From assembly GCA_965649765.1 (NCBI GenBank), contig OZ287756.1:682001-746000 (forward strand): 64,000 nt of DNA. The letters run 5' to 3'. The notes beneath the pieces are model-generated. The model was not told the origin of the DNA. It worked only from the letters and a program-made list of their open reading frames with translations, and did not search any database. Position numbers and translations under genes: made by a program. Source of the DNA: Bispira polyomma (Eukaryota). Position 1 is the stretch's first letter. The number at the start of each line of letters is the position of its first letter. Of this stretch, positions 1-11,390 are shown in pieces.

Positions 1-1863
1 ATAATTAGAGATCAGTAATTCCTGACTAATGTGGTGCCAATTGCAATTTTTAAGGAATGTTACTTTTGTCGTATTTGTGCCACCAGAGTGCGCCCAACGA
101 GAAAGGATATCGGCATAAATATTTGTGACTCCACTAATATGTTCTATGGAAACATCTATGTTATGCTTTGCTTGCAATAGCCATAGTGTGTGTGCACAGG
201 CATTTAAAATATCATCCCTACAAAGCGCCCTATTAAGAACATGAACCACTGCCATATTATCACAGTGAACAGCTATTTTTAAATTGGACCATTGTTTAGT
301 CCACAAGCAAAATGTGACCACAATATTTACCATCTCAAACTGAACAATGGTCAATGTATTGTGATATTCTTGTGGAATGTTCATCCAGTAAACATTATTG
401 TTCCAAAAGGCCCCCATTGCACTTAGCAAGGCGTCCATAAATATATGGTGTGTAGCTTCTGACACTCTATTCATAGCCGTGATACCATTGTACTCGTCTA
501 GGAATTGGCAAAACCAATTAATGTCTTTGTGGAAATCAACTTTTAGCCCTATAGAGACATTGGGGTGGTTCCCCTTAGTACTGCTAAAATTCTATTCACA
601 AAGAGCCTTGCTGGATTTACACAACTATGGATGTAAATGAATTTACCCAGTAGTTTTTGCAGACTCCGTCTGGTAGCCTTAGCCTTTGTTGATCATTGTT
701 CACACAATTGTTTTGCTTCTAATAATCTATCCGTGGCAAGAGTCAATATTCCTGTTTTGGCATTAATATTGATACCTAGACAGGTGAAGCTTTTGGTGGG
801 TGCATCTACCTTATCTTGATTTATTGGTAACCCAAGATTGAGAATTAGATATTTTCGTGTGATAAGCGTTGTTAGCCTTTCCTGGGGGCGCAACTCCTAT
901 ACAGTCATCCATATACGAACAACACCAATGGTTTTTTTTCAACATGAGGTATGTAATTATGTCCGATGTAATTTGGCAGGCGCATGTATCAGAGCGTAGG
1001 CCAGAGGGTATGCTGACATCAACATAGTAATTATTATTTCAATTTAGGACCAGGACGGGTTGGTCAAATGGATCGACCTTAAATTCATATAAGCCGGTTG
1101 CAAATCAATTTTGTACAACAACGTTTTGGGCCCAAGCCTGGCTATTTTGTCTACTATGTTATCTATAGTCGGATATTTTAATTCGAATTGAATATCATCA
1201 AACGCGTTTAGGGAATACCAGAGTTCACACTTGTGCCATGTGGCCACGAGAGATTAACTATAATGCGTCTTGAAGCATTTGGTTTTGGCCATGACATCAT
1301 GGGAGAAACATGAAATGGTTTATAAGGAGGGTCTGTTTAAGGCTCGACAAAGCTTTGTATTTACTCTCTGTGTTTTAAGTCTCAACTAAGTCTGGGAAAT
1401 TTACTGCAGAAGCATGATTCTCAGGACTTTGGTTGTACTGAAAAGCACTATAGTTCAAGGAAAGGGGAAATCCATATTTCAAATATTCGCAGAGTAGAGG
1501 GAAATCATAATCATCTATGTACACACGCCAATTATCAATGTTTAGCTGAGAAGGGACTGGCACCCTGGCCTCTTTATAATTAGCCACATCTCGCAATTGT
1601 GTTGCATTATGTCCCTCCTTTACCCATTGTAACATATCATTGTTATTCAACATGCCAGTATAGTATGTTTGAGACACATTCTCCCCAAGCTTGGTAGTAG
1701 TTCTGTTACCTTTTAACTTTAGATTTGTATCTCTAATGTACCACTCACAATAGCAATCCCCTAGGTGTTTATTCCCCCAGAATTGGTTCAAAACCCCAAA
1801 GCTGTAAGAGCCGTTTATATGTATCAAGACAGGAATTGGGAAACAAGGTGTACTAGCTACCAC
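1..1863 (-). pseudogene. DIRS copy 1 RT/RNase H (frameshifted)
   Basis: ORFs 1375-1863, 1044-1247, 693-893 plus the open-ended RNase H frame. Confidence 0.85.
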
Positions 1864-2490
1864 TGATCCTTCTTCACCCCTGCTTCCTGAGTAGCAGGAT
1901 TCGCTTTAACTTTGCGACTGCATTTTGATTCAGGATGTACATAGTTCTTGTGTACTGTCCTATAACAATACCCGGACGAGTGTTTGAGAAGCTTTCCTCC
2001 CTCGTAGTGGTCACCTTCAAACTTACAGTACCCTTTTGAGTATTTATTGCACACTACTGCTAATGTAGCCTGCTGGCTATTTGGTTTTAATGAGCGTTGT
2101 GCAAACCGTTGTCACACTCGGTCGATACCATCAAGGTCCTCCCAAGATAGATTGCCCAGCTCAATCTCTAACTAGATGTCTGCATGTGCCCTTTTGGTTG
2201 TGGGCCATGAGAGATCCAGCGCATCTTGCATGAGCAAGTATTGATAGTGTAACATATGTTCTTTTTAATTTCTGGGTCCCTCTCGTGTAGCATACACCAG
2301 GCGAAGCCCAGAACCCATTGAAAGATGTTCAGTTCCTCGTATGTGGGCATTTTGAGATTCTCACCTGACATACATAGCTCATGTGGCCATGGGATGAACA
2401 CTTTAATCCTTTGATCACCAATCCAGTATCTACCAGACTTAACAGTACGTGTAAAACCCATACCTGGAATGTCCTCTCACAAGAAGTCCT
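1857..2490 (-). pseudogene. DIRS copy 1 gag C-terminal remnant
   Basis: Two ORF pieces homologous to the gag of copies 2 and 3 (KS[G/Q]R, WP, QWV, Cys/His cluster). Confidence 0.8.
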
Positions 2491-3510
2491 CATATTGCTT
2501 CATTCTGGGTTTATTGAGTTAAACCCAGAATAAAGCACTGGGGGCATTTTAGAACCCCAGGAGGGAACTTTTGGCGGGAAAATGTGGTGACCCCAGTCCC
2601 TAGCTGGTGAACCCTTTTTATTGATACTGCTAACAAAGTTGACAAGTTTGTTTGCCTACAATAGGTTCAATGTTTGACACTTTGACAGGGTGACAAGCTG
2701 ACTAGGTAGACCTGTTGTGGTCTACTTGTTGTTATACTAAACCCAGTAAACTTATCCCCTGATGCTACTCACTGTACGCAATCAAAACATTTATCCGCTT
2801 TAAACCGTCACTAGGTTTTTGATGCCAAAATGTCAAACACGTCATAAACCCCTAATTCCAACAAAAGAAAATGTCAAAATCTGGCAAAATGTCTTCATTA
2901 ACTTCAACAATTTTGCAACAATAAATATCAGGTGCAGCTAAAAAATCTTGCTTACAAAAATGTCAATTATCGTTTGGAAAAAGTGCCAGTTCACGGCAGT
3001 ATATAGTGTCAAAAACTGTGAAAACGTTCAATTTTAGTCACAAATATACTGAAAACATTGTAACCTGTCGCATGGTTCAAGTAATTTCTGGTTATTAATT
3101 ATTTTTATTCTCAGAACTGAATTGCTGAATTTGAGTAAACTGTATCTAAATAATTTGTAACAGTGGGGGACTGTCTTATACATAAAATTAGATAACCAGA
3201 AATATTATTTATTATTTTAATATAGAGCATTACCTTTCAAGCAGAATTTTAGTATGAACTGATTTTAAAAAGTTACTTTGATAAGTATAAAAATATCTTT
3301 AAATCATTGTCTTTGGTATCACAAATAAGTCAAAATACAACGATTATGCCGCACAGTTCCCCTGTGTAGCAGGCCAAGGGATTATTAAAGAATTCTTAGC
3401 TTCTTAGTTTAACCAAGCATAAATAATAATGAGCCCAGTTTGCGGTAATAATATTTATTAGTTACTATGTTAAAACACTAACAGCTAATATTTACAGTAG
3501 AGTTTGAGGT

Positions 3511-3756
3511 GGGCATAAGGTCACCATAGCCTAAGGCTTAAAAAGGAGTTTAAGTTGAAATTTTACTTTTAGTCCAAACTTAAACCTTAATTTAAGTAAA
3601 TTTTAACTTTAAGTCCAAACTTAAGCATTAAGTTGAGGATTTGAGTTTTAGTTCAACTTAATGTGTTTTTGTACGTTCAACTTAAATTTTTGGTTTTAAG
3701 TTGAACGTATATTTTAAGTACAATCTGTACTGGTTACTAAAGGTGACCTTATGCCC
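3511..3756. repeat. Inverted-repeat cassette 3' of YR, DIRS copy 2
   Basis: Perfect 15-bp IR GGGCATAAGGTCACC (3511-3525) / 3742-3756; inner perfect 15-bp IR 3672-3686 / 3695-3709. Confidence 0.9.
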
Positions 3757-3806
3757 TGGGACAGTAATAACTTTTGTTACTGTCTAGTTGACTGTTATAA
3801 ACATAT

Positions 3807-4835
3807 TTATCTTGTTTTGTTCCAGATTTCCCTAAACATAAAATGTGTTAGACCACCAAACCCCAATAACCTAGGAGTTATGTAGGATGGAAGCCCTAAA
3901 GAATCCGCCACCTGGGACCCAGCAAACGCCGAATCAGTAATATATCTCCAGACGCAGTCAGACGTCCAAGTGCCCTGTCTCTGTATATCTTGGATTCTGA
4001 CATTATTATTAAATGCGAACGTGGCACCTGAACGTCTGAAAGCATGAAAAGTGAGACCAGTATGCTCACAACCTAACATTTTCAGAACATTTTTTAAATG
4101 TCTACGTACTTTGGAATCAGTGAGCGGAACCCAATTTTGCCCACATTTGAACTGAAAGAGGGGAAGATTACCCCCTTGAGGAGTGATGGCCAGGACATTT
4201 TTAATAGCTGTAACTGGGCAGATGCTGGAACCAGGAAGGGCTGGAATGGTTATAAGCTTAACAACATCTTTAGTTTGAAGGGTTTTTGACCACTTCACCA
4301 ATATAACAGCATAGCCTGGTTTAAACATAATGTCAGCTCGTGCTAGCTGTTTCAAAGGGTCAAAATCCCTGACAGAATGGGGGCACAGATTTGACAAACG
4401 CAGGAAACTGAAAAAGCTAGTTAAATATACAGCTTTGAATACTAGTCCCATATACGTTACATTACATTTCTGGATTAATCTTTCCAGCAGTGTGATATCA
4501 AACAGTGACTTCAATTTTGCTTGCAGAGGTTTACTGACCGCCAGAGCCTTGTTAAAATACTTAATTCTGGTATCGGAAAATGCTTCTACTTGTACATGAA
4601 ACAACACACATTTAGCCTTTATAGCAGAAAGGTAGTTTGCAATTTGTGAAGCTGATACTTTATTACTGTACAAGAACTCTAAAAAGGAGAGCAACTGCAA
4701 TACATTCACCTTTTTCGGGCTCCAATCCATGAAGATCCCAAAAGCTATGAAGGTCCTGAACATTCTATCATACGCTCTAGAGGTAGACAGAGAGAAGGCT
4801 CTGTGAGCTCTTTCACAAGCCTGTCTAGCCAACAT
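3807..4835 (-). CDS. Tyrosine recombinase (YR) of DIRS copy 2
   Basis: 342-aa ORF with the catalytic set FLRLSN (R), KWSKT (K), FHAFRRSGAT (HxxR), QGTWTSDCVWRY (W, Y). The extreme C-terminus is probably frameshifted. Confidence 0.93.
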   Translation of the reverse strand: MLARQACERAHRAFSLSTSRAYDRMFRTFIAFGIFMDWSPKKVNVLQLLSFLEFLYSNKVSASQIANYLSAIKAKCVLFHVQVEAFSDTRIKYFNKALAVSKPLQAKLKSLFDITLLERLIQKCNVTYMGLVFKAVYLTSFFSFLRLSNLCPHSVRDFDPLKQLARADIMFKPGYAVILVKWSKTLQTKDVVKLITIPALPGSSICPVTAIKNVLAITPQGGNLPLFQFKCGQNWVPLTDSKVRRHLKNVLKMLGCEHTGLTFHAFRRSGATFAFNNNVRIQDIQRQGTWTSDCVWRYITDSAFAGSQVADSLGLPSYITPRLLGFGGLTHFMFREIWNKTR

Positions 4836-4882
4836 AAACTCTCCCGGGTGAATGCCTGCAATATATACTATACCATAATTAA

Positions 4883-7439
4883 TTATATGTTCTCATTAAC
4901 ACTGAGCAATGCATCATGCACGGGCAACCATTGGACAGGGCCTAGCAAGTCATGCAATACTTTGTGATCTCTGTTGGTATCAGTCCATCTGGACAACAAA
5001 TCTGCTACTTTGTTTTTTACCCCCAAAATGTGAATGACTTTAATGTCGATGTCAAGTTTACTGACTAGCATATAAATATTGCACGTGTATGTGGCTAAAG
5101 TAGGATCCCTTGTAGATCCGCTTTGCAAAACAGTAACAACTGCCTGGTTATCACACTTAATTAATACACGTTTATTTTGCCAGAGCCGGGCCCATAGTTT
5201 AATTGCCACCAGTATGTTCAACATTTCTAGGTACGCTATGTTTAGTTCAGTCATATGAGTCGGGAGCTTTAGTTGGTACACTTGATTTTGATAAACCCCC
5301 CCCATACCTTTCAAACACGCGTCGAGCTCTACTTGGGCTGTAACTGGAATATGAGAGAAAAAGGAAACGCCATTAAATTGCTGTATAAACACAGAGAACC
5401 AATTTAAATCTCTCCTGAATTCCTGAGTTATGTTTATACGTTTACTGGTCTGATTGTCTCTCAACAACTGAAGCATACGATTTAAGAACGCCCTTGCATA
5501 CTTTACACATTTTGACACGTAGAGTAACAGGCCTAGCAGGGATTGAAGTTCCCGTTTAGTACAAACATTTTTTGTTTCCCATGCTTTGCACGCATTCTTG
5601 ATTGCTTGCAATTTTTTCAGGTGGAATCGAGGTAGTGAGGTGAACTGTGTCTATAGTAATACCCAGGCAGACCACAGATGTGCCAGGATGTACTAACTTT
5701 TTCTCACTGACGGTTAAACCGAGCTCTGTCAAGAGTTCTTGTAATCTCATATACGTTTTCTGTATTTTGCTGGGAAGCGAGACACATAAAAAATCGTTAA
5801 TATAATTGTGGACGTTATAAATTTTCTGTTTTCATAATGTACCTCACGGCATCCGAAATTCTTTGAAAAATTGTGCTGCCGTTCTGATAACCGAACGGCA
5901 GCAATTTATCTGTGTAGTATTTTGTCCAATTTAATCCTAATAGGTCTAGGTCACCAGGATCTATGGGCACGTGACGAAAGGCCCTACTAACGTCCACTTT
6001 AAAGATATGACAACCTTTACCCATTTTAATGACTTCTTGCGTTAGACTGTCCACTGAAGGATATGACAATAGAAACTCAGTGCCTAAATAAGAAGTGGGG
6101 GATACCCCTGCATTTACTGAGTGTCCTTGCGGCCAACTAAGGTCCACAATGACTCTTCTGTTTTCCGAATTTGCTTTATTTCTCGTCATTAGGGGGGGAG
6201 CAATGTAAGTTTCTGATGGGCGGGTCTTCAAAAGGACCTAACATGGCCCCCAGTGCACATTCTTCTGCCATATAGAAGTTTACATGAGTGGGGAATTCAG
6301 TCGCAGATTTATGATTATTTCCATCATTGCGAGTTGTATTTTCTCGACAAAAATCTAACGGAAAGCCATGCTTGATCAGTAAAGGCAACTGTCCCAATAG
6401 TTAATCAAATATTTGTCCCATGCTTTAGTATGTAGCTGCGATTTAACCTGGAGCTTAAGGCCATTAAAGTTAAACCTGCCATCCGCCCTGACACGCTTAT
6501 GTATTTGTAACACGTCTAGTTGTTCAGTTTTCGTGTTTTCTGTGTTATCAATGGGCATGAAATCAGAGAGGGGTGTGAACCCATAAGCCACATCATTCTA
6601 TGCCTGCCAACTTTTGTAATTGTCATTATCTTTTGCCAAGTCTAATAAGAGACCTTTGTTTTTCCTCTGTTTTAGTTCCCATGTGTATTTATCTGAAGGT
6701 ACAATGTACTCATTAGTATTGTCCTCCTTATTAACGTTCTCTTTAGTAGCCAAGCCTGTGTGCAATCTGGTGTTATTGTTCTGAAGCAGGCCTTGGCCCT
6801 TTTGTTGGCTTGGCGCCATTTACCACCATTGCTGTGTTCTGTCTGTGTGTTAGCCCTTGCTGTGTTAACACTAACAGGCCCAGTGTGAATGGCACTTCTG
6901 CCCCTCTCACTACACCTGACAGACACTTTGTGTTTTTTGTTCTTTATTATGGCAACTTTTACACTGGGAATTTCAGATTGATTGTTGTCCCCTTTCCCCA
7001 TTGTGTCAGTGTGAGCCAGAATTGCAAACCTATTATGTAGTGGGAGGGAACCCCGGGTTGAATTGTGTTCACACCTCCTCCCATGTTTCTTGTACACCCC
7101 TTTTGTCCCTTTGTCAATAGCACTCACAATAGGATTGATTTTGTTCACGCCTACCTGCGCTACACCGCTGGGTGAATTCACTTTGTCACACTTGTGCACC
7201 CTACTGTGTGTATTACCTGTTTGTAACCCTCTGTGCATGTGACTTTCAATAGATTTAGTATTGTTAGTACTCTTTTTTACTACGTCGCTATACTTGACAG
7301 AAATACTCTTGCCTCTTGAACATTTTCTGTACAACCGACTTTTGAAATAAAGCTACATCCCTAAACTGCGTATTATATACAACTCTAGTGAAGACTTTGT
7401 TGTTCACATTTTGATCCACTGCACTTATGCAGTGGCCCC
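4883..7439 (-). pseudogene. DIRS copy 2 pol (linker + RT + RNase H), multiple frameshifts
   Basis: RRVIVDLSWPQGHSVN, KVDVSRAFRHVP, LPFG, NYIND (catalytic D>N, ~5795), LDACLKGMG, KCDNQAVV, HILGVKNKVADLLSRW. Confidence 0.93.
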
Positions 7440-7449
7440 TTAGTTTTTT
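7416..7449 (-). promoter_or_regulatory. Candidate -1 ribosomal frameshift signal, DIRS copy 2
   Basis: A_AAA_AAC in the gag frame, 7-nt spacer, stem CCACTGCA-TAAG-TGCAGTGG. Confidence 0.7.
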
Positions 7450-8419
7450 ACTGCCTTTTTGGGGCACATGCTGCTCCTGTGACTACTGTCACAGGTTTCG
7501 CATGTATGTTTATAGAACTGCGTACCGGTTTTATGACTAGCCGAATGTTTGCATGTGCCATCCTGAAAATACCGACACGTGACCGTCCCCTGTTTGAAGT
7601 TATTTTTCTTTTGACTATTTCCCAAAGTACGAGTGCCTGCCCCTATACCGGGTTGACCTGAATGCAAATGTCTCTGAGCATGGGCTCTATGGATTCTGTC
7701 TACCTTTTCAATGTCGGACCATTTTAACTTGTCCATTTCCATATTCGTAAGCACGACTGCATGGCAAGCTTTAGCAGCCTCCCAGGAAAAATCCTGGGCA
7801 TCCTCCATCAAGCCAGCCATGTAGTCGAGCATAGCATTTTTATTCTCTTCCGATTTCTCTTCTTGTATTATTCTCGTAAAGCCACACACCCATTGAACCA
7901 CAGTTAAGTCATCATAGCTGGGACGTGCTTTGATACTGCCCGATAGAACATGATTGTGGGGCCATTCTACAGTTCGTTTAACCAGAACTTCCGATCCCCC
8001 TCCCCTCTGGGATTTGATCTTACCTTGGGAAGGGCTCTCGTTAATTTGTCATTGGGAACAATACTGGTCTCAGGTATTTCGGCGCTCTGACGGCTATCGC
8101 CCAAGTTTACAGAACTGACCCTCGAGACTGAATTTTCACTTGCCTGATTGTTAGAATTTCCCGCCAGTGCTGCCTCTGTGAGCTGAACCAGTCGATCCAT
8201 GCTCTGAACTGCCTGACTAATCGACTGCAACTGTTTCAATATAACAGTCGACATATCTCCCTCACCAGACACTGACGCTGAATCCGACGGGTCCACCTCA
8301 GCTGAGTCAGCACCTGCATTCTCCAAAGATATGTCCAAAACATTACAATTTCGACCAACAGGCCTTGGGTGTTTCCCCAAACATTTGGAGCAGTACACAC
8401 TCGAACAACGTGGCATCAC
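7440..8419 (-). pseudogene. DIRS copy 2 gag
   Basis: N-terminal CSKCLGKHPRPVGRNC; GKIKSQRGG..VEWPHN; C-terminal CRYFQDGTC..H..HTCETC..H..C. Internal deletion/frameshift near 8050. Confidence 0.88.
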
Positions 8420-8439
8420 TGAGAATTATAGAAGCAACA

Positions 8440-10232
8440 ACTAAAAGGGCAGTCCATATTTAAGAAATTTCAGTTTTAAGTGGGCTGATACTGGACCCTG
8501 CCATGAGGTAGAACTCACTAAGTGCCAATATCCCAAACAAAATCACCATAGTTGAAAGCATTGAGGCCCCAAGATTGTAGACTAGTATTTCCTGATAACC
8601 TTTTACATGTTAAAAACCCTGATGTGGGGCCAGACTAAACACCCAATTAATATGCACAGGTTCATTTGGGGGTTAAGTGTTTCTTGGTATGTCCAGGGTT
8701 TGTGGCCCATTCCATGTAATGGTCTCTGCACAATTAGCACAAAACGACAGTGATATATCTTGACTGTATTGCAATAGCATTGCAAACTAGGAACATAGTC
8801 TGTCCATGTAAAAAGCAAATATCTGTCTAGGATGGGGGGGCACCCCGAGTATATTGTGAACATAAATAGTAAAATGGGGCTGGGGTTGAGGGGTCCTAGA
8901 TTCTCCCGGATCTGCCAATGAACTTGAATTTAGTTGTGTTTGCTTCACTTTCAACTGCTAAGGTTTTATCATGATTGGCTGATTTAATTGGTTGTTGGAG
9001 GAAAACAGTTCTGAAGCAATGTAACCCAATGATATATGACATTTAGCTGACAATCTTTCAAACATGAAGTAACAAAATATGTTGCTCCTTTGTTGGGTTA
9101 CTGAAATAGTCTGCCTTGAATCTTGCATAATTGCAAACAATTTTTAAATGTTAATAAGACCCCTGCAGTCTTTGTTGATTGTGTATATGTTTGTCTGAAC
9201 GAGAGGGTTTTTGTTTGGTCTGTGTATTATCATTGCTTTGTGTTGTGCTCATCCTCTCAAATCACAGACAACAATTACCATTTTTTCCAGGTAGAAAACG
9301 CCAAATACCCCTATGTCTTTTTTTGAGGACATTAATAATGTCAATGTACTTCGACTGCCTAAGGTCATGTGTAAAGGGTTACTTTGGCACTCTATAATGT
9401 CTGTGATTTAAATTTAAAACAAGCTCATTGTGTGTGTAGGTCTGTGGAATAATTCCTATAATTGGAACATTGTGGTAAGCCATTGGGGTCCTTTGACGTC
9501 ATCCTGTCTTCTAGAAGGACATGAAGGTAACCATCTCCTTGATTGGGAAATGTTCAGATGTCATGATCTCCAGCAGTGGATGGAGATATAAGTAGCTTTT
9601 TTTAAGTAGTAGGAGGGTTTATTGTTTAGAGAAAACAATAACAGGTATTCTCAGAAATACATGAGGACTAAAAGAGGACAGGTTATTTGAGGTTAATAAG
9701 AAAGTTTGAGTAGCTTCCTGGGGTAATCTCAGTGTGAATTTTTTGGTGGAGTGGCGGTTGAATGGCGTGTGAGTCTGACTAACCTATTATATGATAGACC
9801 ATATTACAGTGGAATTTAAGATTTAGTTGGTCCTCATTTCACAACGGTTGGATTTAATGTGAATAAAACCTGTGCTGAAGCACACTGTAAGCCACCGAGC
9901 TAAGGCAAGTACCTAAAAAAGTTTCCCTCATGAAGGTACAAACACAATACAGACTCACATTGGGGAGAGGCCACAGAACGTATCCCCATATCTTAGGTGT
10001 ATTTATTTTTTTCACATTCAGTTCATATCAGTGTAAAACCTCTATATAACGGTCCAACCAAATATATTCACTAATCAGAGGTACCTTACAATTAACACAA
10101 ATATCAAAACTGAACCAGAAAGAAGTGTTCACTATATTGAGGTGTTCACTATAGCAATGGTGTCAACTCTGTCAGGATATGTGACCTCATCACACTGCCT
10201 TGGATGTTGTTATATTTAGACAATATGGCTGA
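8440..10232 (+). repeat. 1793-bp direct duplication, copy 1 (X1)
   Basis: Matches 12109-13901 at offset 3669; no differences spotted; ORF translations identical. Confidence 0.97.
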
Positions 10233-10459
10233 ATTTAATGTTACTTTATAATAATAATTTAAAAATAAAATAATTTTACATTGTAAGTTAATCCTATTGG
10301 TGATTTGTTATCTATACAGCAAATTGTACAGCTATAAACCTCTACCAGACATTTAACACGTCTTAATATAATATATATAATACAAATGTAATTGATTCTA
10401 TTTTGTTTTAGCATTGGGTTTCTGTTACCTGTACACTACAAGTTTTGTTATACACATAC
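10230..10459 (+). repeat. 230-bp direct repeat Y1
   Basis: Matches 15637-15866 with a few differences (e.g. gacatttaacacg vs gacttttaacatg). Confidence 0.95.
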
Positions 10460-10926
10460 TCTGTAACTGAATAGGATTACTCTAAACTATAACTGTCACT
10501 TTTAGAAAAACACCTAAGAATAAAGGTCCTTTTCAAAATTGGTATTGTGTTACTGATTGACTTTTAAATACATATTTAATATTGTATCCATTGATTTGCT
10601 CTAGTTATATCAAAATGTGTTCGGTCTTATGTTATGCACAAAGATATTTATAGTTCTTTACTCCTATAAACATTCAAAATATTTGTACTAATGTTTTTGT
10701 CAAGTTTCAATAATGTGAAAATACTTTTATGCTTTTAAAAATTAATTGGGTCACTTCCTATATATATATACAAATAAAAGTAGAAAGTATGTGACTGCTT
10801 TTGACTGTTTTACCAGCGCAAGGTTTTTGACAGTTTTTGACGGTTTAAACCAGTTTTTGACAGTTTTAACCTAGTGTTTAATAGATATTCAACGTCTAAA
10901 ACCCAACCCTGAAATATACACTTGCA

Positions 10927-11390
10927 CTATTTCATTATAACTGAACAGGTGGTGTGCACTATTTCATTATAACTGAACAGGTGGTGTTTGCCATCAGTTA
11001 GAGGTCCCTCTAACATTTCATTGTAATCAGACTTATGAATGGTACACAAAATGCCAAACTGAACATTGAAGATTTTAAAGGTATCATATCTATCTATATT
11101 AAAAATATAACAAATCAACCTTAAATTATTACTAAGAGATAAACCACTGTCTTGTTTAAATAGCTGGTAGCACATATTTACAGCTGAGTTGTTTGTTGAT
11201 ATAACATTTTTATAAAACTTAATGAACCTGTAGTACAACCTTGTGTCAATATGATAATCATTTGCAATCAAATGTAAAAAAGAGTTTTGACAGATTCTAT
11301 TTTATTTCACTACTTTCTGATACACTGTCTCCATCTGGTATAAAACATCTCAATATATATATTCTTTACTAAGATAGAGTCACCATTATT
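10927..11390 (-). mobile_element. LINE ORF2 C-terminal remnant (Proto2/RTE-X-like)
   Basis: ORF ..HLIANDYHIDTRLYYRFIKF..STNNSAV resembles the C-termini of these clades; clade assignment tentative. Confidence 0.45.

Larger units (their letters stand above)
1..2490 (-). mobile_element. DIRS-order (Ngaro/PAT-like) retrotransposon copy 1, decayed; runs off the left edge, 5' gag truncated
   Basis: Gag motifs VKSGR..IPWPHE..PTYEELNIFQWV and CNKYSKGYC..H (2168-2461, 1857-2054); RT motifs LKYGFPL, YPTIDNIV, KIDL, YMDD (~905-916); RNase H motifs HCDNMAVV, HISGVTNIYADILSR (~95-270) in a frame open to base 1. Confidence 0.9.
3500..8440 (-). mobile_element. DIRS-order (Ngaro/PAT-like) retrotransposon copy 2, near full coding length
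   Basis: Order gag (8419-7440), linker, RT, RNase H (to 4883), tyrosine recombinase (4855-3807), 3' inverted-repeat cassette. The 5' UTR is cut at 8440 by the duplicated segment. Confidence 0.95.

Noticed and set aside
398-819. Plus-strand ORFs over DIRS coding regions (also 4098-4599, 45165-45422, 48818-49270)
   Set aside because: Antisense shadows with no recognisable motifs.
2500-3070. DNA-transposon remnant with TTTGACA/TGTCAAA repeats (similar motifs at 10795-10911, ending AACCCTG)
   Set aside because: Suggestive of hAT-type subterminal repeats, but no paired TIR or TSD could be defined.
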